63,503 nt of DNA, filler included, from Octopus bimaculoides (GCF_001194135.2; 9 parts of 8 records of this genome joined end to end with filler, not necessarily neighbours in it); one strand, 5' to 3'; shown: positions 11,955 through 25,064, counted from the whole stretch's first letter. The notes: generated by a model not told the origin, from the sequence alone. Program-made: numbers and translations.

Positions 11955-12150
11955 GCTTCAAATTTTGGCACAAGGCCAGCAAATTCTTGGAGGAATCAAG
12001 TCGATTTCTTCGACCTCACTCTTCAGCTGGTACTTATTTTATTGACCCCGAAAGGATGAAAAGAAAAGCTTTAAGCTCAGAACTTGAAAATAGACAAAAT
12101 ACTACTAAGCATTTTGCCCTGTGTCCTAATGATTCTGCCAGCTCAACGCC
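11955..12150 (-). mobile_element. SINE family B, diverged
   Basis: TTTTGGCACAAGGCCAGC...GACCCCGAAAGGATGAAA...CTGCCAGCTCAACGCC. Confidence 0.75.
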
Positions 12151-12416
12151 TTTATGAATAGAAATATTAATGTGATTACTTGTACCAATAAAGACTAAAG
12201 AAGCATTTGTTTCTTTCCCACATTGAAATGTGAGAAGAAGACTTTCTTTCAAAGCGAATATATTACGAAACGTTATATGGATAGTTGGAAAGCTCATCCG
12301 CTTCACTGATCCCTTCGATATTGACTAATGCATTCATTCTTTCAGTTGAACCTGTGAAATTGATGAGCTCCCCTCGGGTTATGTATGTATGTGTGTATAT
12401 ATGCATACATACATAT

Positions 12417-12447
<31 letters not shown>

Positions 12448-12657
12448 CATACATGCATATAAATATATATATATATNNNNNNNNNNNNNNNNNNNNNNNN
12501 NNNNNNNNNNNNNNNNNNNNNNNNNNNNNNNNNNNNNNNNNNNNNNNNNNNNNNNNNNNNNNNNNNNNNNNNNNNNNNNNNNNNNNNNNNNNNNNNNNNN
12601 NNNNNNNNNNNNNNNNNNNNNNNNNNNNNNNNNNNNNNNNNNNNNNNNNNNNNNNNN

Positions 12658-12701
<44 letters not shown>

Positions 12702-12965
12702 TTGTGTGTGAAGTAATTGTAGTAGAAGTAGTATAGTTTCCATGGTGCGTTGCTTATTGCACGATGCATATAAGTGTTTTAAACATTTTATAACTCCATA
12801 CAGTGTAATTCGTAAGTACTTTTACCTGTTTTGGCTTTATAAGATTTATATTTACATCTACGAACTTTAGGCTATGGTATGTATATATCTCTGAATGTAC
12901 GTGTGTTTGTATGTATATATGTATGTATATATGTATGTTTGTATCTATGTATGTATGTATGTATG

Positions 12966-13014
<49 letters not shown>

Positions 13015-13074
13015 GTCTGTCTACATATACATATGCAGATACATACATGTGTACATATACATGCATGCTTACTT

Positions 13075-13105
<31 letters not shown>

Positions 13106-13319
13106 CATCTTTATATATATATACCTGCATACGTATATGTACCAATCTCAGGATAGGTATCATTGCACCTAAGTGCTTACTAAGTGAAGCTTTAGTATTA
13201 TAAACATTGTTAGATTTGGCTCCGAGAGTGCGTCTGTGAGATAGGAACTTTCGGCTGTCTAACAGTTGTTGCAGTGTTAGTGAGGGCGCCGACATTTGAT
13301 CTGTTGATGGCATCAATAT

Positions 13320-13846
13320 CGGTGGTGGCGGTGGTGTTAATGGTGATGATGAATGGTGACTAACGTCGATTGTGTTGGCTGCGGTGGCCGTAGTGGTGAT
13401 GGTGGTGAAGGTGGTAGCTGTGGTGATGGTGATAGTTAATTGCGCTGAATGATGATGTTCTTGTCTTTGGTGGTGGTGGTGGTGGTGGTGGTTGTCGTAG
13501 TAGTAGTGATAGTGGTGGTAGTGGCGGTGGTAGTTATAGTGCTGGAGGTAGTAATGACGGTAGTAGTAGTAGTGGTGGTGGTGGTGGTGGTAGTAGTAGT
13601 TGTAGTGGCAGTAGTTGTGGTAATGGTAGTAATAGTAGTGGCGGTAGTAGTAGTAGTAGTAGTAGTAGTAATAGTGGTGGTGGTGATGGTAATACTAGTG
13701 CTGGTCGTAGTAATAGTAGTAGTAGTAATAGTAGAAGTTGTAGTAGTGGTGGTAGTGGTGGTGGTGGTAGTACTGATGGTAGAAATAGCAGTGGTGATGA
13801 TAGTAATGGTTATTCTTGTAGTATTGGTGGTGATATAGTGACAGTG

Positions 13847-13921
<75 letters not shown>

Positions 13922-14380
13922 CTGGTGGCGGTGGTGGTGGTGGTGGTTTTTGGTGGTTGTGGTAGCAATGGTGGTTGTAGTAGTAATGGTTTTTGTAGTG
14001 GTGGTGGCAGTAGTGCTTGTGGTGAGTAGTGATGATGTTGGCTGTGCTGATAGCAGTGGTAGACCTAGTCGCTGTAGTAGTTGTAGGCGTTGGTGGTGGT
14101 GCTGCTGCTGCTACTGCTGCTGCTGCGGAATAATGGTGAATGGTTGATGGTGTTGGCTGTGGTGGTGCTAGTGGTACTGGTGACGAATTTCAGCTTATAA
14201 TGTTGCATGAATTAACGGTGCTGAGGACTTGTAATGGCGATTGTTGTAGTGGAGATGTTGATGATGGTTGTGGTGGTGTTGGTGGTGATAATGGTAGCTT
14301 GTCTGTGGCTTCGTAACAGCAGCAGAAATGCTCTCAATCATGTTAACGATGATGATGATGATGATGTTGGTTGTTGAATA
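13320..14380. repeat. Cryptic-simple (GTA/GTG/GCT/GAT)n mosaic
   Basis: Directly visible; it explains the poly-Val ORFs. Confidence 0.9.
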
Positions 14381-14653
14381 TCATATATTAATTACAATTC
14401 TTTACGTTCTAAGTTCAAAATCCAACGAGGTTAACTTCCTCTTTCACGCTTTCGGGGTCGATAAAATAAAGTACCAGCAAAAGACTGGGTATCAATGGTT
14501 TAAACAAATTCCTCCTCTCAACAGTCTTGACTTTTTGCTTAAATAAGAAGCAATTTTATTGCTGTTTGGCGAATATCTTTCAAAATCTTTCTAGTTATAA
14601 TATTAATCTCATTGGCGGTATGCAATTTTGTTCGCAAAATAATTATAGCAATA

Positions 14654-15517
14654 CAGTGTTCAGCTTGAATTTGGCGATATTTTATGTCTGCCTTTTTCAA
14701 GAATAGCTTGATATATTGGTAAACAGTGAGCTGTGTTAAACAGCATAAAGATTAAAGTTGTATATGTAAAAAAATGTTAGCTAATAAGGACTGAAAGTCA
14801 CCTGAATATTGGAAAAGAATTACACGTGTCATAATGACAATATGACTACTGCTCTAACAACAAAGGCTGTGAGACGTGGAACGGATATCATGAAAACTTA
14901 CTTCACCCAAAATATGATAGTCTTCGAGTGTCTTTATTGATAGTAACGTCAACCTGCCCCACATCTTTGAACAAGGCTTTAGGGTTAATTTAGACAAGTA
15001 TGTGAAGCCGCTAAGACTGGTCAAGTCCTGGCTGGAGAGAGTTGCTGCTGATGGCTTTATATGTGGAAGCAGAATTCATTTCCTTACCATACTCTGGAAA
15101 GTATCAGAAGTGGTTGTTGCAGAATTTCCTCCACTTCACTAGCCCCAATCTCTGACCTTCTAATTTCCCTGATCATAATCTCATGGATTATCATGTGTGA
15201 GGCGTGGTTGAGGAAGAAAGACACCACCAGCTTTGCCTGCAACATGAAGGCTGAGCTACTGGCCAAAATATCTTACTAGGGATACGGTGATGAATGCATG
15301 CACCAGGTTCCAGGGACGCATGCACCAGGTTCCAGGAACGCATGCACCAGGCCGTGGTTGAAACTGAGGGTGGCTACTTTGACTAAAATGTTATCTCCCA
15401 ACCATAATATAATTGATATCCTTTGATTAAAAAAATAAAATTACTTTGATTGTTAGATGAAAAATAGTGTTTGCTTTTCTTGTTATGCAAACTGTCAAAT
15501 TTAACCTGTACACACTG
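14654..15517 (+). mobile_element. Internally deleted Tc1/mariner DD37D (maT-like) transposon
   Basis: Degenerate TIRs starting CAGTGT with TA on both flanks. The frameshifted remnant YMWKQNSFPYHT/QKWLLQNF..FTSPNL*PSNFPDHNLMDYHV*GVVE...VVETEGGYFD* has 37 residues between the second (D>N) and third catalytic positions. Confidence 0.85.
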
Positions 15518-15981
15518 TAAGACCGCTAATGCTGCTTACGATTTTTGTTATTGTTAACCCAAAGCCAGCTCTATGTTCAAGAATATTCCTACCATATTCC
15601 AGGCATAGGGAATGTAAAACTGGCTTACACATTGTATCAATTCTTTTTTAATTAAATGTGTAGGAAAGGTATTTCAAGGATTTGCAGTACGGGAATGAGC
15701 CATAGTATAACGTTTCATTTTTGGTACAGCAGCGTTGGTGTGTAGATTGTGAAATAAGGAGGTGTAATTGTATACCTGCTGTTAGTAGTATGAATGGAAT
15801 ATGATGTGATAAGACGTCATAAGAATGTATATACCTCAAGACAACATGAAATAATTCTATTCTGGAACGGTGGATCTTGAAGCAAATAAAGCTATAAATA
15901 ATTGCATGTAAATAGATTTAAAAAAACATATGCACAGAAGTCGAATGTTGGCCGATTCGAACCCACAGTTATAAGTGTGTG

Positions 15982-16030
<49 letters not shown>

Positions 16031-16130
16031 NNNNNNNNNNNNNNNNNNNNNNNNNNNNNNNNNNNNNNNNNNNNTTAATTAATTAANNNNNNNNNNNNNN
16101 NNNNNNNNNNNNNNNNNNNNNNNNNNNNNN
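16031..16130. other. Artificial scaffold linker N44-TTAATTAATTAA-N44
   Basis: Exactly 100 nt with stops in all six frames; the same linker occurs 8 times. Confidence 0.97.
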
Positions 16131-16132
16131 CA

Positions 16133-16414
16133 CCAACACCACCACCACCGCCTCCAACGCACCCCGGCACCACCACCAGCGCTAACATCACTACAGACAT
16201 CTCGTCGAAAAACCCTCACCAAACACTGAGATTCACTACAAAGAACAGCAACAACAACAACAACAACGGCAGTATTAACAAGAACAGCAACAACTGCAGC
16301 AGCAGCAGCAACAGCAGCAGCAGCAACAACATCAGCAGCAGCAGCAGCAGCAGCAGCGACAAGAAGACCGAAAAGCATAGAACTCGAGATATCATTATAA
16401 CTCATCGTTGCTGA
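16133..16414 (+). CDS. Candidate low-complexity terminal coding exon (P/T/N/S-rich), 5' end lost in gap
   Basis: 93 open codons from the block edge, PTPPPPPPTHPGTTTSANITTDISSKNPHQTLRF...DKKTEKHRTRDIIITHRC*. No recognisable domain. Confidence 0.25.
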   Translation, partial: PTPPPPPPTHPGTTTSANITTDISSKNPHQTLRFTTKNSNNNNNNGSINKNSNNCSSSSNSSSSNNISSSSSSSSDKKTEKHRTRDIIITHRC

Positions 16415-17606
16415 AACATTCTTAACTTATAATATTACAGCACTTGAAACGGCCTACCTAGATAGGTTTGTTCGGTCAGGGGCTGAGCATGGGGTCTATC
16501 TAGGACAACAACAACAATAACAACCACAACCACAACAACAACAGCAACAACAACAACAACAATTACAGCTATAGATATTGTTTCTAAAACAAGTTGTTTT
16601 AATAGTTGACGAGGTCCGGAAAAAATACATTAAACAGCGAAAGCAAACAGCAGCACTGTATTCTTATTTTCATTCCCATCATCATTATAGGATATCCAGC
16701 ATCCGCATCAGCAGCAACAAGAACAACGACGACTGTTATTAACAATTTTTTAGCAATATCTACTAAAAAAAAAAAAAAAAAATTGCATCAAAAACAGTTA
16801 AAAATAAACGTATATATATCAACCACAAAAGTTTAAAATAATAATAAAAAAANNNNNNNNNNNNNNNNNNNNNNNNNNNNNNNNNNNNNNNNNNNNNNNN
16901 NNNNNNNNNNNNNNNNNNNNNNNNNNNNNNNNNNNNNNNNNNNNNNNNNNNNNNNNNNNNNNNNNNNNNNNNNNNNNNNNNNNNNNNNNNNNNNNNNNNN
17001 NNNNNNNNNNNNNNNNNNNNNNNNNNNNNNNNNNNNNNNNNNNNNNNNNNNNNNNNNNNNNNNNNNNNNNNNNNNNNNNNNNNNNNNNNNNNNNNNNNNN
17101 NNNNNNNNNNNNNNNNNNNNNNNNNNNNNNNNNNNNNNNNNNNNNNNNNNNNNNNNNNNNNNNNNNNNNNNNNNNNNNNNNNNNNNNNNNNNNNNNNNNN
17201 NNNNNNNNNNNNNNNNNNNNNNNNNNNNNNNNNNNNNNNNNNNNNNNNNNNNNNNNNNNNNNNNNNNNNNNNNNNNNNNNNNNNNNNNNNNNNNNNNNNN
17301 NNNNNNNNNNNNNNNNNNNNNNNNNNNNNNNNNNNNNNNNNNNNNNNNNNNNNNNNNNNNNNNNNNNNNNNNNNNNNNNNNNNNNNNNNNNNNNNNNNNN
17401 NNNNNNNNNNNNNNNNNNNNNNNNNNNNNNNNNNNNNNNNNNNNNNNNNNNNNNNNNNNNNNNNNNNNNNNNNNNNNNNNNNNNNNNNNNNNNNNNNNNN
17501 NNNNNNNNNNNNNNNNNNNNNNNNNNNNNNNNNNNNNNNNNNNNNNNNNNNNNNNNNNNNNNNNNNNNNNNNNNNNNNNNNNNNNNNNNNNNNNNNNNNN
17601 NNNNNN

Positions 17607-17645
<39 letters not shown>

Positions 17646-18373
17646 GTATATATATATATATATATACATACATACAGGGTGTCCACAAAGTCTGCTTACA
17701 TTGGGATTAACACTAAGAACTTATTATTTCTTATATTTAATTGTTTATGTTATAATTTTATTTACTCCATGTACCCAGACCTTGGGGACACCCCGTATAT
17801 ATATCATGTATACATACATACATACATACATACATGCGTGTGTATGTCCGTCCAGAGACCGATAGATCGATAGACATATGCGTGAACGCATAACAGAAGT
17901 TAGTTTAATTCGGTTTAGTTGTCATTCGGTCTAACAACACCGTCGACCGGTCCAGGGATGTCTTTACCGCAGTTAAACGATGCAAAGAGAGTTCAGACTA
18001 ACATTTCGTCCTGAGGATAACGTTGCCCTTTTCCCTTACTACAAGTGTTTGTGTTGGTTTGTTTACGTTCCCGTAAACTTAGTGGATCGGCAGAAAAGAG
18101 ATTGAAGGAATAAGTGGCAAAGTTATGCAATAAAAACTGGGGTCAGGGTCGGTTTGTTCGCCTAAATCCTTTCAAGGTGGTGATCCAGTATGACCACGAT
18201 CCAATGTCTGAAACTAGAAAAAGATATACATGCATACATATATGCATATGCATGTATGTATGTATGTATGTATGTATGTATGTTTGTATGTATGTCTATG
18301 TATGTATTTACATACATATATATATACATTTATGCATGTATATATGTATATGTATATATGCATGTACATATTC

Positions 18374-18411
<38 letters not shown>

Positions 18412-19609
18412 NNNNNNNNNNNNNNNNNNNNNNNNNNNNNNNNNNNNNNNNNNNNNNNNNNNNNNNNNNNNNNNNNNNNNNNNNNNNNNNNNNNNNNNNN
18501 NNNNNNNNNNNNNNNNNNNNNNNNNNNNNNNNNNNNNNNNNNNNNNNNNNNNNNNNNNNNNNNNNNNNNNNNNNNNNNNNNNNNNNNNNNNNNNNNNNNN
18601 NNNNNNNNNNNNNNNNNNNNNNNNNNNNTACATATATACGTATATATACATACATACATACATACATACTTATTATATCATATATTATATCCAATTATAT
18701 TATGTTATATTGTTGTCTGATAATAGATTATGCAATCAATTTGATTGGTTATTAATTATTGAAACCTACAGAATGAAAAATTCGTGGCACTTGTCCTTCG
18801 TATTCAAATTTAAAGTCTGTAGCGAGCTCATTAGGGCTGGAACTTAATTCCGGTTTTGAGAGGTTTAAGAGTCAGAAATTTGGAACATCTCGGGAAAGGA
18901 CGTCAGTCTGTTGAAAAATAACCCTCACCACTTGCTGATGCTGCTGCTCGAAACCATTTTCAGTGAAATACTCTGGAACCACATGAAATGTGGTGTCCTG
19001 AAGTAGAGAAAAGCACAGCGAACCGCCCGGCCTCGGAGTTGTACTTATGAGTTTCCGACCGTGCGTTTAATAGTAAAAACGTTATGAGCTATGCGCTTTC
19101 GTTCCTCCCGAGGCTAATCCCTGAAAAGATCATCCCATATTATCATAGGCACTCTAAACATGTCCACCCTCTCTTATTTGCGTATTACTGACCACATTGT
19201 CTAATGTATTTTATTTAAAGTCATTATAGGGACATTTGGTTGCTATTTCTAGCATCCAAGTGACTGCGCTGTGAACCGCTTTTAACTCAAAGGTGTTTGC
19301 GTGACTGGTGAGTGGCTGTCTATGTGTATGTTTGTGTGAGTAAGAGTGTGCGCGTGTGCTTGTGTATACGTGTGAGTGCGTGCAAGGTTGTGAAAATATA
19401 CACATACAGACACAGACATATAAAGATACGAATGTAGGTATGTATGGAAGCATGGTTAGATGGATGGATGGATGGATGGATGGATGGGTGGATGGATGGA
19501 TGGATGGGTGGATGGATGGATGGATGCATATGTGAATGCCTAGATGATGTGTGTGATCGTGTCCTGTATCTGTATATGTAAATACACATAGACACGCAGC
19601 AGCCTCGTA

Positions 19610-19667
<58 letters not shown>

Positions 19668-20493
19668 ATCTATCTATCTATCTATCTGTCTGTCTATCTA
19701 TCTATCTGTCTGCCAGTCTGTCTCTCTCGATATCTGCATGTGTGTTTGTGCGTTTATATATACATGTATATGCGCTCGCGTGTGTATGTATATAAATTTA
19801 TGAGAACATCTGTGCGTGTGCTGACGAGTGTGTGTAAGCGTATATTTTTCAGCAACAATGCTCTCAATTTCACATCAGGGTTACACGGCCGGTATCCACC
19901 TATCCGGGTGGATAGCAATCCGAGTTTATTTCAATTTTAAATACATCGCGATATACACGATGCCAAACCACGAAAGTGTTGACGAGTGCAAGGAAATTAC
20001 CATCCGTTACTGTATATATTAGCCAATGCAGTCAGAGTTAGTATCAAATAATAAACCTGATAATGATGTAACTATTAACGCTTATGTATATATATTACAT
20101 GGCAATTAGTGAACTATAGCATCGTTGGTTACAGGCTTCCAACAAACTATATCTAATTCGCTGGATTTCTGAGGAAACACAGTGGCAAGAGGGATTGTAT
20201 GTCTATAAAACAGCACAGAGCAATTATCCTAAGGAGTTCTTTGGAAAAAACAGAGGGTTCTAGTTTTCTTGTCGATGTTTATTCATTTTGTATACTTAAT
20301 TATGTTTTCATAGGTACAAATATGGATGCGTGGTTACTAAGATTGCTTCCCAATCACATGCCTCCGGGTTCAGTCTCATTGCGTGGCACCTTGGGCAATA
20401 TTGTCTTCTACTATATCCACGGGTCGAGTAATGCCTTGTGAGTGAATTTAGTAGAGGTAAAGTGTGGAAACTCATCGTATCTTATATACATAT

Positions 20494-20562
<69 letters not shown>

Positions 20563-21039
20563 TTTGTGTGTGCGTGTTTCTTCCCTGGTTCGCTCAAAAT
20601 ATACTGATAGCACAAATACCAGACTTTAAAAAAAAACGTACTGGGGTCGGTCACCTCTGGCTGCAATCCAATGACTGGAACAAGTAGAAGATAAAAGACC
20701 TGCCGGTGGATTGGCACAATCACTAGGGGGAGGATAAAATCACCTTCATTGTTTAGTTGCGCCCTTTTATATTCTGGGGTTAAAATCCCTTGTAGAGCAT
20801 AGAATATATCCCTCCTTCCTCTGCGGTAGAGTAAAGGGTTGGTATAGTTAATTATTAGAAACGAGTTAATTACTGGAAACAGTTTCCTCTACGGTTCCTT
20901 ACCATCTCCAAATTTGTGATCTTCATCATCATTAGGTGGCATTTACTCTCAGCAGGTTTAATATCAAGGGTCTCCATTCGGGCCTTTTCTCGCCTATTCT
21001 TACACATTCACCATGTGAGAGTTTAGTCCAGTGACAATC

Positions 21040-21215
21040 GATGCTGGTGATACTGTGACCCGTAACTTAGCGCTTTGGCAGAAAAGACCGATAGAATAGG
21101 CACCAGGCTTGCAAAAAATACGTCCAGGGGTCGATTTCCTCGACTAAAAGACGTTGCTCCAGTATGGCCACAGTCAAATGACTGAAACAAATAAAAGATA
21201 AAAGAAAAAAAGAAA
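21040..21215 (+). mobile_element. SINE family A, 3' half
   Basis: CGTAACTTAGCG...GGGGTCGATT...GTCAAATGACTGAAACAA. Confidence 0.8.
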
Positions 21216-21582
21216 AAAGATTTTAGCAATCCCTTTTATATATATTTGTATATATTCTTTTATTCTTTATTCTTTTACTTGTNNNNNNNNNNNNNNNNNN
21301 NNNNNNNNNNNNNNNNNNNNNNNNNNNNNNNNNNNNNNNNNNNNNNNNNNNNNNNNNNNNNNNNNNNNNNNNNNNNNNNNNNNNNNNNNNNNNNNNNNNN
21401 NNNNNNNNNNNNNNNNNNNNNNNNNNNNNNNNNNNNNNNNNNNNNNNNNNNNNNNNNNNNNNNNNNNNNNNNNNNNNNNNNNNNNNNNNNNNNNNNNNNN
21501 NNNNNNNNNNNNNNNNNNNNNNNNNNNNNNNNNNNNNNNNNNNNNNNNNNNNNNNNNNNNNNNNNNNNNNNNNNNNNNNNNN

Positions 21583-21619
<37 letters not shown>

Positions 21620-21624
<5 letters not shown>

Positions 21625-21783
21625 GACGGATTTCTTTCAGTTTCCGTCTACCAAATCCACTCACAAGGCTTTGGTCGGCCCGAGGCCATAGTAGAAGACA
21701 CTAGCACAAGGTGCCACACAGTGGGACTGAACCCGGAACCAAGTGGTTGGGAAGTAAGCTTCTTACCACACAGCCACTCCTGT
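21620..21783 (-). mobile_element. SINE family A, 5' half
   Basis: Reverse complement of the head plus central block. Confidence 0.85.
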
Positions 21784-22307
21784 ATTAATATATGATATAT
21801 TTATATGCAAAATAGGAATCGAAGGGTTAACAAATGGTTGAGAATCAATGATTCGTCCAATCCTCGTTGTTGCCTTACCAGTTTGTTCTAGGATTTCGTC
21901 TCGAGACTTTGCATTTATCTTTCCTTCTAGTAAGAGTAGACCTACGATCGAAATTATTTATTTATGTTTATGTTCACAGGTCAAATGCCGTGTAGGTCAG
22001 CCGTACCTTTCACCCTCCGAAGGTCGATAAAATTAAGTACGAGTGAACGAATTTAATTTAGTACACAACGTACGAGAGACGACATCGTTGACTATACATC
22101 GACCGCTTCCAACAAAATTTGGGACTTCGGTCCTTGTTTTAGGATTTACTACATTGTCGTGTCAAGACGGCGGTCTGGCAGAATCGGTAGAGTATTGGAA
22201 GAAATGCTTTGTGATATTTCTTCCGACTCTTTACATTCTGGATTCAAATCTTCCCGAGGCTAACTTTGCTTTTATTCTGTCTGGGGTCAAAAAACATAAA
22301 GTATCAT

Positions 22308-22655
22308 CAATGGTTCTCAACAATGGCTCATATGGCCATTGGGCTCCATATGGCCACTGGAGTTCATATGGTTCTTGGGGGTCCATATAAGATTTTGCTG
22401 TTAAAATTTATCTGCAAAAATTTTGTTACACTTCTACAGTGGATGCGTGTAGAAAAATTGCTGACAAGAGTTAAATTTAAATTTTCCCACGGTTAAAATC
22501 GTTGCCTGCTTTGTGTATTCTTAATAAGATCTAACTATAAAAATGGTAGGAATTTTCCAAACATCGAATGGTCCATCCCAGTAAAATAGGAATCAAAGAA
22601 ATTCCAGGAGGGTCCATCCCAGTAAAATAGGTTAAAAAATAGCTGAGAAACACTG
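22308..22655. mobile_element. hAT-Charlie-like MITE
   Basis: Ends CAATGGTTCTCAAC and GCTGAGAAACACTG resemble CAGTGGTTCTCAA-type hAT TIRs. An internal 21-bp direct repeat GGTCCATCCCAGTAAAATAGG is present; no clear 8-bp TSD. Confidence 0.55.
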
Positions 22656-22989
22656 AATTAAATACAGGTATAAGTTGATGGTGTCAATTAAACCCCTCCC
22701 CTCAAAACTGCTGGCTTTGCAACTTGGAAACCGATCTGAACTGGCAAGATTGTTAGTGCATCGGACACAATGCTTAGCGGTATTACTTCCAGTTCGAATG
22801 TCAGCCTTACAGAATCGAAAAAAAAAAAAAGTTACCAGTCAAGTTACAGTGGCCGATGTAATTGACTGCCTCCCTCAACCTCCTCTAACTTTCAAGCTTT
22901 GTACTTCTCCGGGACTGCGGATTGTTAGAATCATCAGAATACCGGATAGGTGTTTGTGGTATTTGCTCTGGATCTGATTACTCTGTAAG

Positions 22990-23285
22990 TATATCGAAGC
23001 TGTATCGGCTTTTTGGGCAACATCAGTGGAGTGAAGACGAAAGAGTTGCTGCATGGGAACAAGTACAGGCCTTCCAAAACCATACCCAAATGATTCTCTC
23101 ATAACTACCTCAACATAGACATTGACGATTGCTCTTTGCTAACGAGGTTTAATAACATCAAAACATGCCTAGAATTGTCTCTCGTACTTGTCTTTTCCCC
23201 ATCACGTTAATATTTCTAATTATATTTTTGATGCACATTACATTAAATACAGGATATGCATCATGCAGTTGTTTAAATGTTGGAC
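22990..23285 (+). repeat. Diverged direct repeat, copy 1 (copy 2 at about 23765-24075)
   Basis: Shared blocks include GAGGTTTAATAA.A.CAAAACATGCCTAGA.TTGTCTC and AATATTTCTAATTA. Confidence 0.8.
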
Positions 23286-23764
23286 TTAGGATCATGAAGC
23301 TGTGGTTTCAATTCTCGGTACAAGATACTTTATTTGGTTTTGTTACAGTTCGCTCAGCTGAAAAGGTGTTACAACGAAAGCTTGTGGGGAGTTAACTCTG
23401 CGCTAGATTAACACCCCGTTCAAGGATTGAACGTTGTATACTCTATCACTTAATCCACCATAAAAAGTAAACCAGGATAAACTCCGACCTTAAGAATCTG
23501 CAGGCTTGGGTCAGAGTTAAACACGAAATATGTTAACACTGTGAATTTACAGAATAGGGCCTAGGCCAAAATGCTTTGCGGTACTAGCTGTCCTGATTTC
23601 GAATTCTATCAAGGTCAACAGTGCCTTTCAACTTTCCAGGGTCGATAAAATAAAGTACTAAACCGGGACAGTGGATTGATAGAATCTTTAGAATATAGGA
23701 AAAGTTGCCTTGTGGTATTTGTTCTGGCGTTTTTCGTTCTGACTTCGTCTGTGACGATACAAGC

Positions 23765-24075
23765 GAGAAGCTATATCAGTCCTTTGGACATCAGCAGCGT
23801 GGAGAGATGGCGGGGGACTGGTGGATGGGGAACTTGTACTAGTCTTTCAAAAGCTTACTTAAGAGATTCTCTCATGGCTACTTCAACATGTACAGTTACG
23901 TCTGTTCTTTGGTAATGAGGTTTAATAATACCAAAACATGCCTAGAGTTGTCTCCCATAGTAGCTGAAATGATGAAAATCTTACTGCTTATTGAGTAACG
24001 CTGTTTCAATATTTCTAATTAAAGTTTTGATGCTCACTACATTAATGCGGGATGTATGATGTTGCGGTTTAAGTG
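23765..24075 (+). repeat. Diverged direct repeat, copy 2
   Basis: Colinear with 22990-23285. Confidence 0.8.
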
Positions 24076-25064
24076 TTGAGCATTTTTGCTCTCGGGGAAA
24101 AAGTTGCTGTGTATAGATACATAGGCAACCCACACCTTCGGAGGACTACTCTTCATTCCAACTTCGTTATAGTAATTACCGTGCTTGTTTACTTCACAAG
24201 AATATTGAATAAAAAGAAAAATAATCACGAAAAACAAAGAGACCAAACGAACTTAAATGAAAACCAGAATAGAAGATATAAAACATGAAAGAAAATAAAA
24301 TATTCTGTATTCACCGGTAAAATTTCCACTTATTTCATTTTTATTTTTCTAAAATTTTCGTTGCGTCTTGCAATCTTTTCAAATGTTTAATGTGTTTTAA
24401 ATTTGAATTAAAACATGATTAGAAGTTCAGGGACCATTATGGNNNNNNNNNNNNNNNNNNNNNNNNNNNNNNNNNNNNNNNNNNNNNNNNNNNNNNNNNN
24501 NNNNNNNNNNNNNNNNNNNNNNNNNNNNNNNNNNNNNNNNNNNNNNNNNNNNNNNNNNNNNNNNNNNNNNNNNNNNNNNNNNNNNNNNNNNNNNNNNNNN
24601 NNNNNNNNNNNNNNNNNNNNNNNNNNNNNNNNNNNNNNNNNNNNNNNNNNNNNNNNNNNNNNNNNNNNNNNNNNNNNNNNNNNNNNNNNNNNNNNNNNNN
24701 NNNNNNNNNNNNNNNNNNNNNNNNNNNNNNNNNNNNNNNNNNNNNNNNNNNNNNNNNNNNNNNNNNNNNNNNNNNNNNNNNNNNNNNNNNNNNNNNNNNN
24801 NNNNNNNNNNNNNNNNNNNNNNNNNNNNNNNNNNNNNNNNNNNNNNNNNNNNNNNNNNNNNNNNNNNNNNNNNNNNNNNNNNNNNNTATATATATACATT
24901 GGTAGATAGATTAAATTGTTATCTGATGAAAGGTTACGCAATCAATTTGATTGGCTATCGATTACTGAAACATACATAATGAAGTATCAGAATACCTCTA
25001 ACTCACGCGCGCGCGTGCACACACACACATAAACAAACAAACACACGCGCATAAACGCACTCAC

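Noticed and set aside
17985-18025. Minus-strand TCC-TCA-GGAC-GAAA motif resembling hammerhead stem II
   Set aside because: There is no upstream CUGANGA.
22320-22390. Peptide-like repeat GSYGHWAPYGHWSSYGSW
   Set aside because: It is a short CATATGG-containing tandem repeat inside a hAT-like MITE.
24345-24395. Minus-strand hammerhead-like string TTGAAAA-GATTGCAAGACGCAAC-GAAA-ATTT
   Set aside because: It has two core substitutions (C3, G8) and no stem I; at most a dead pLTR remnant.
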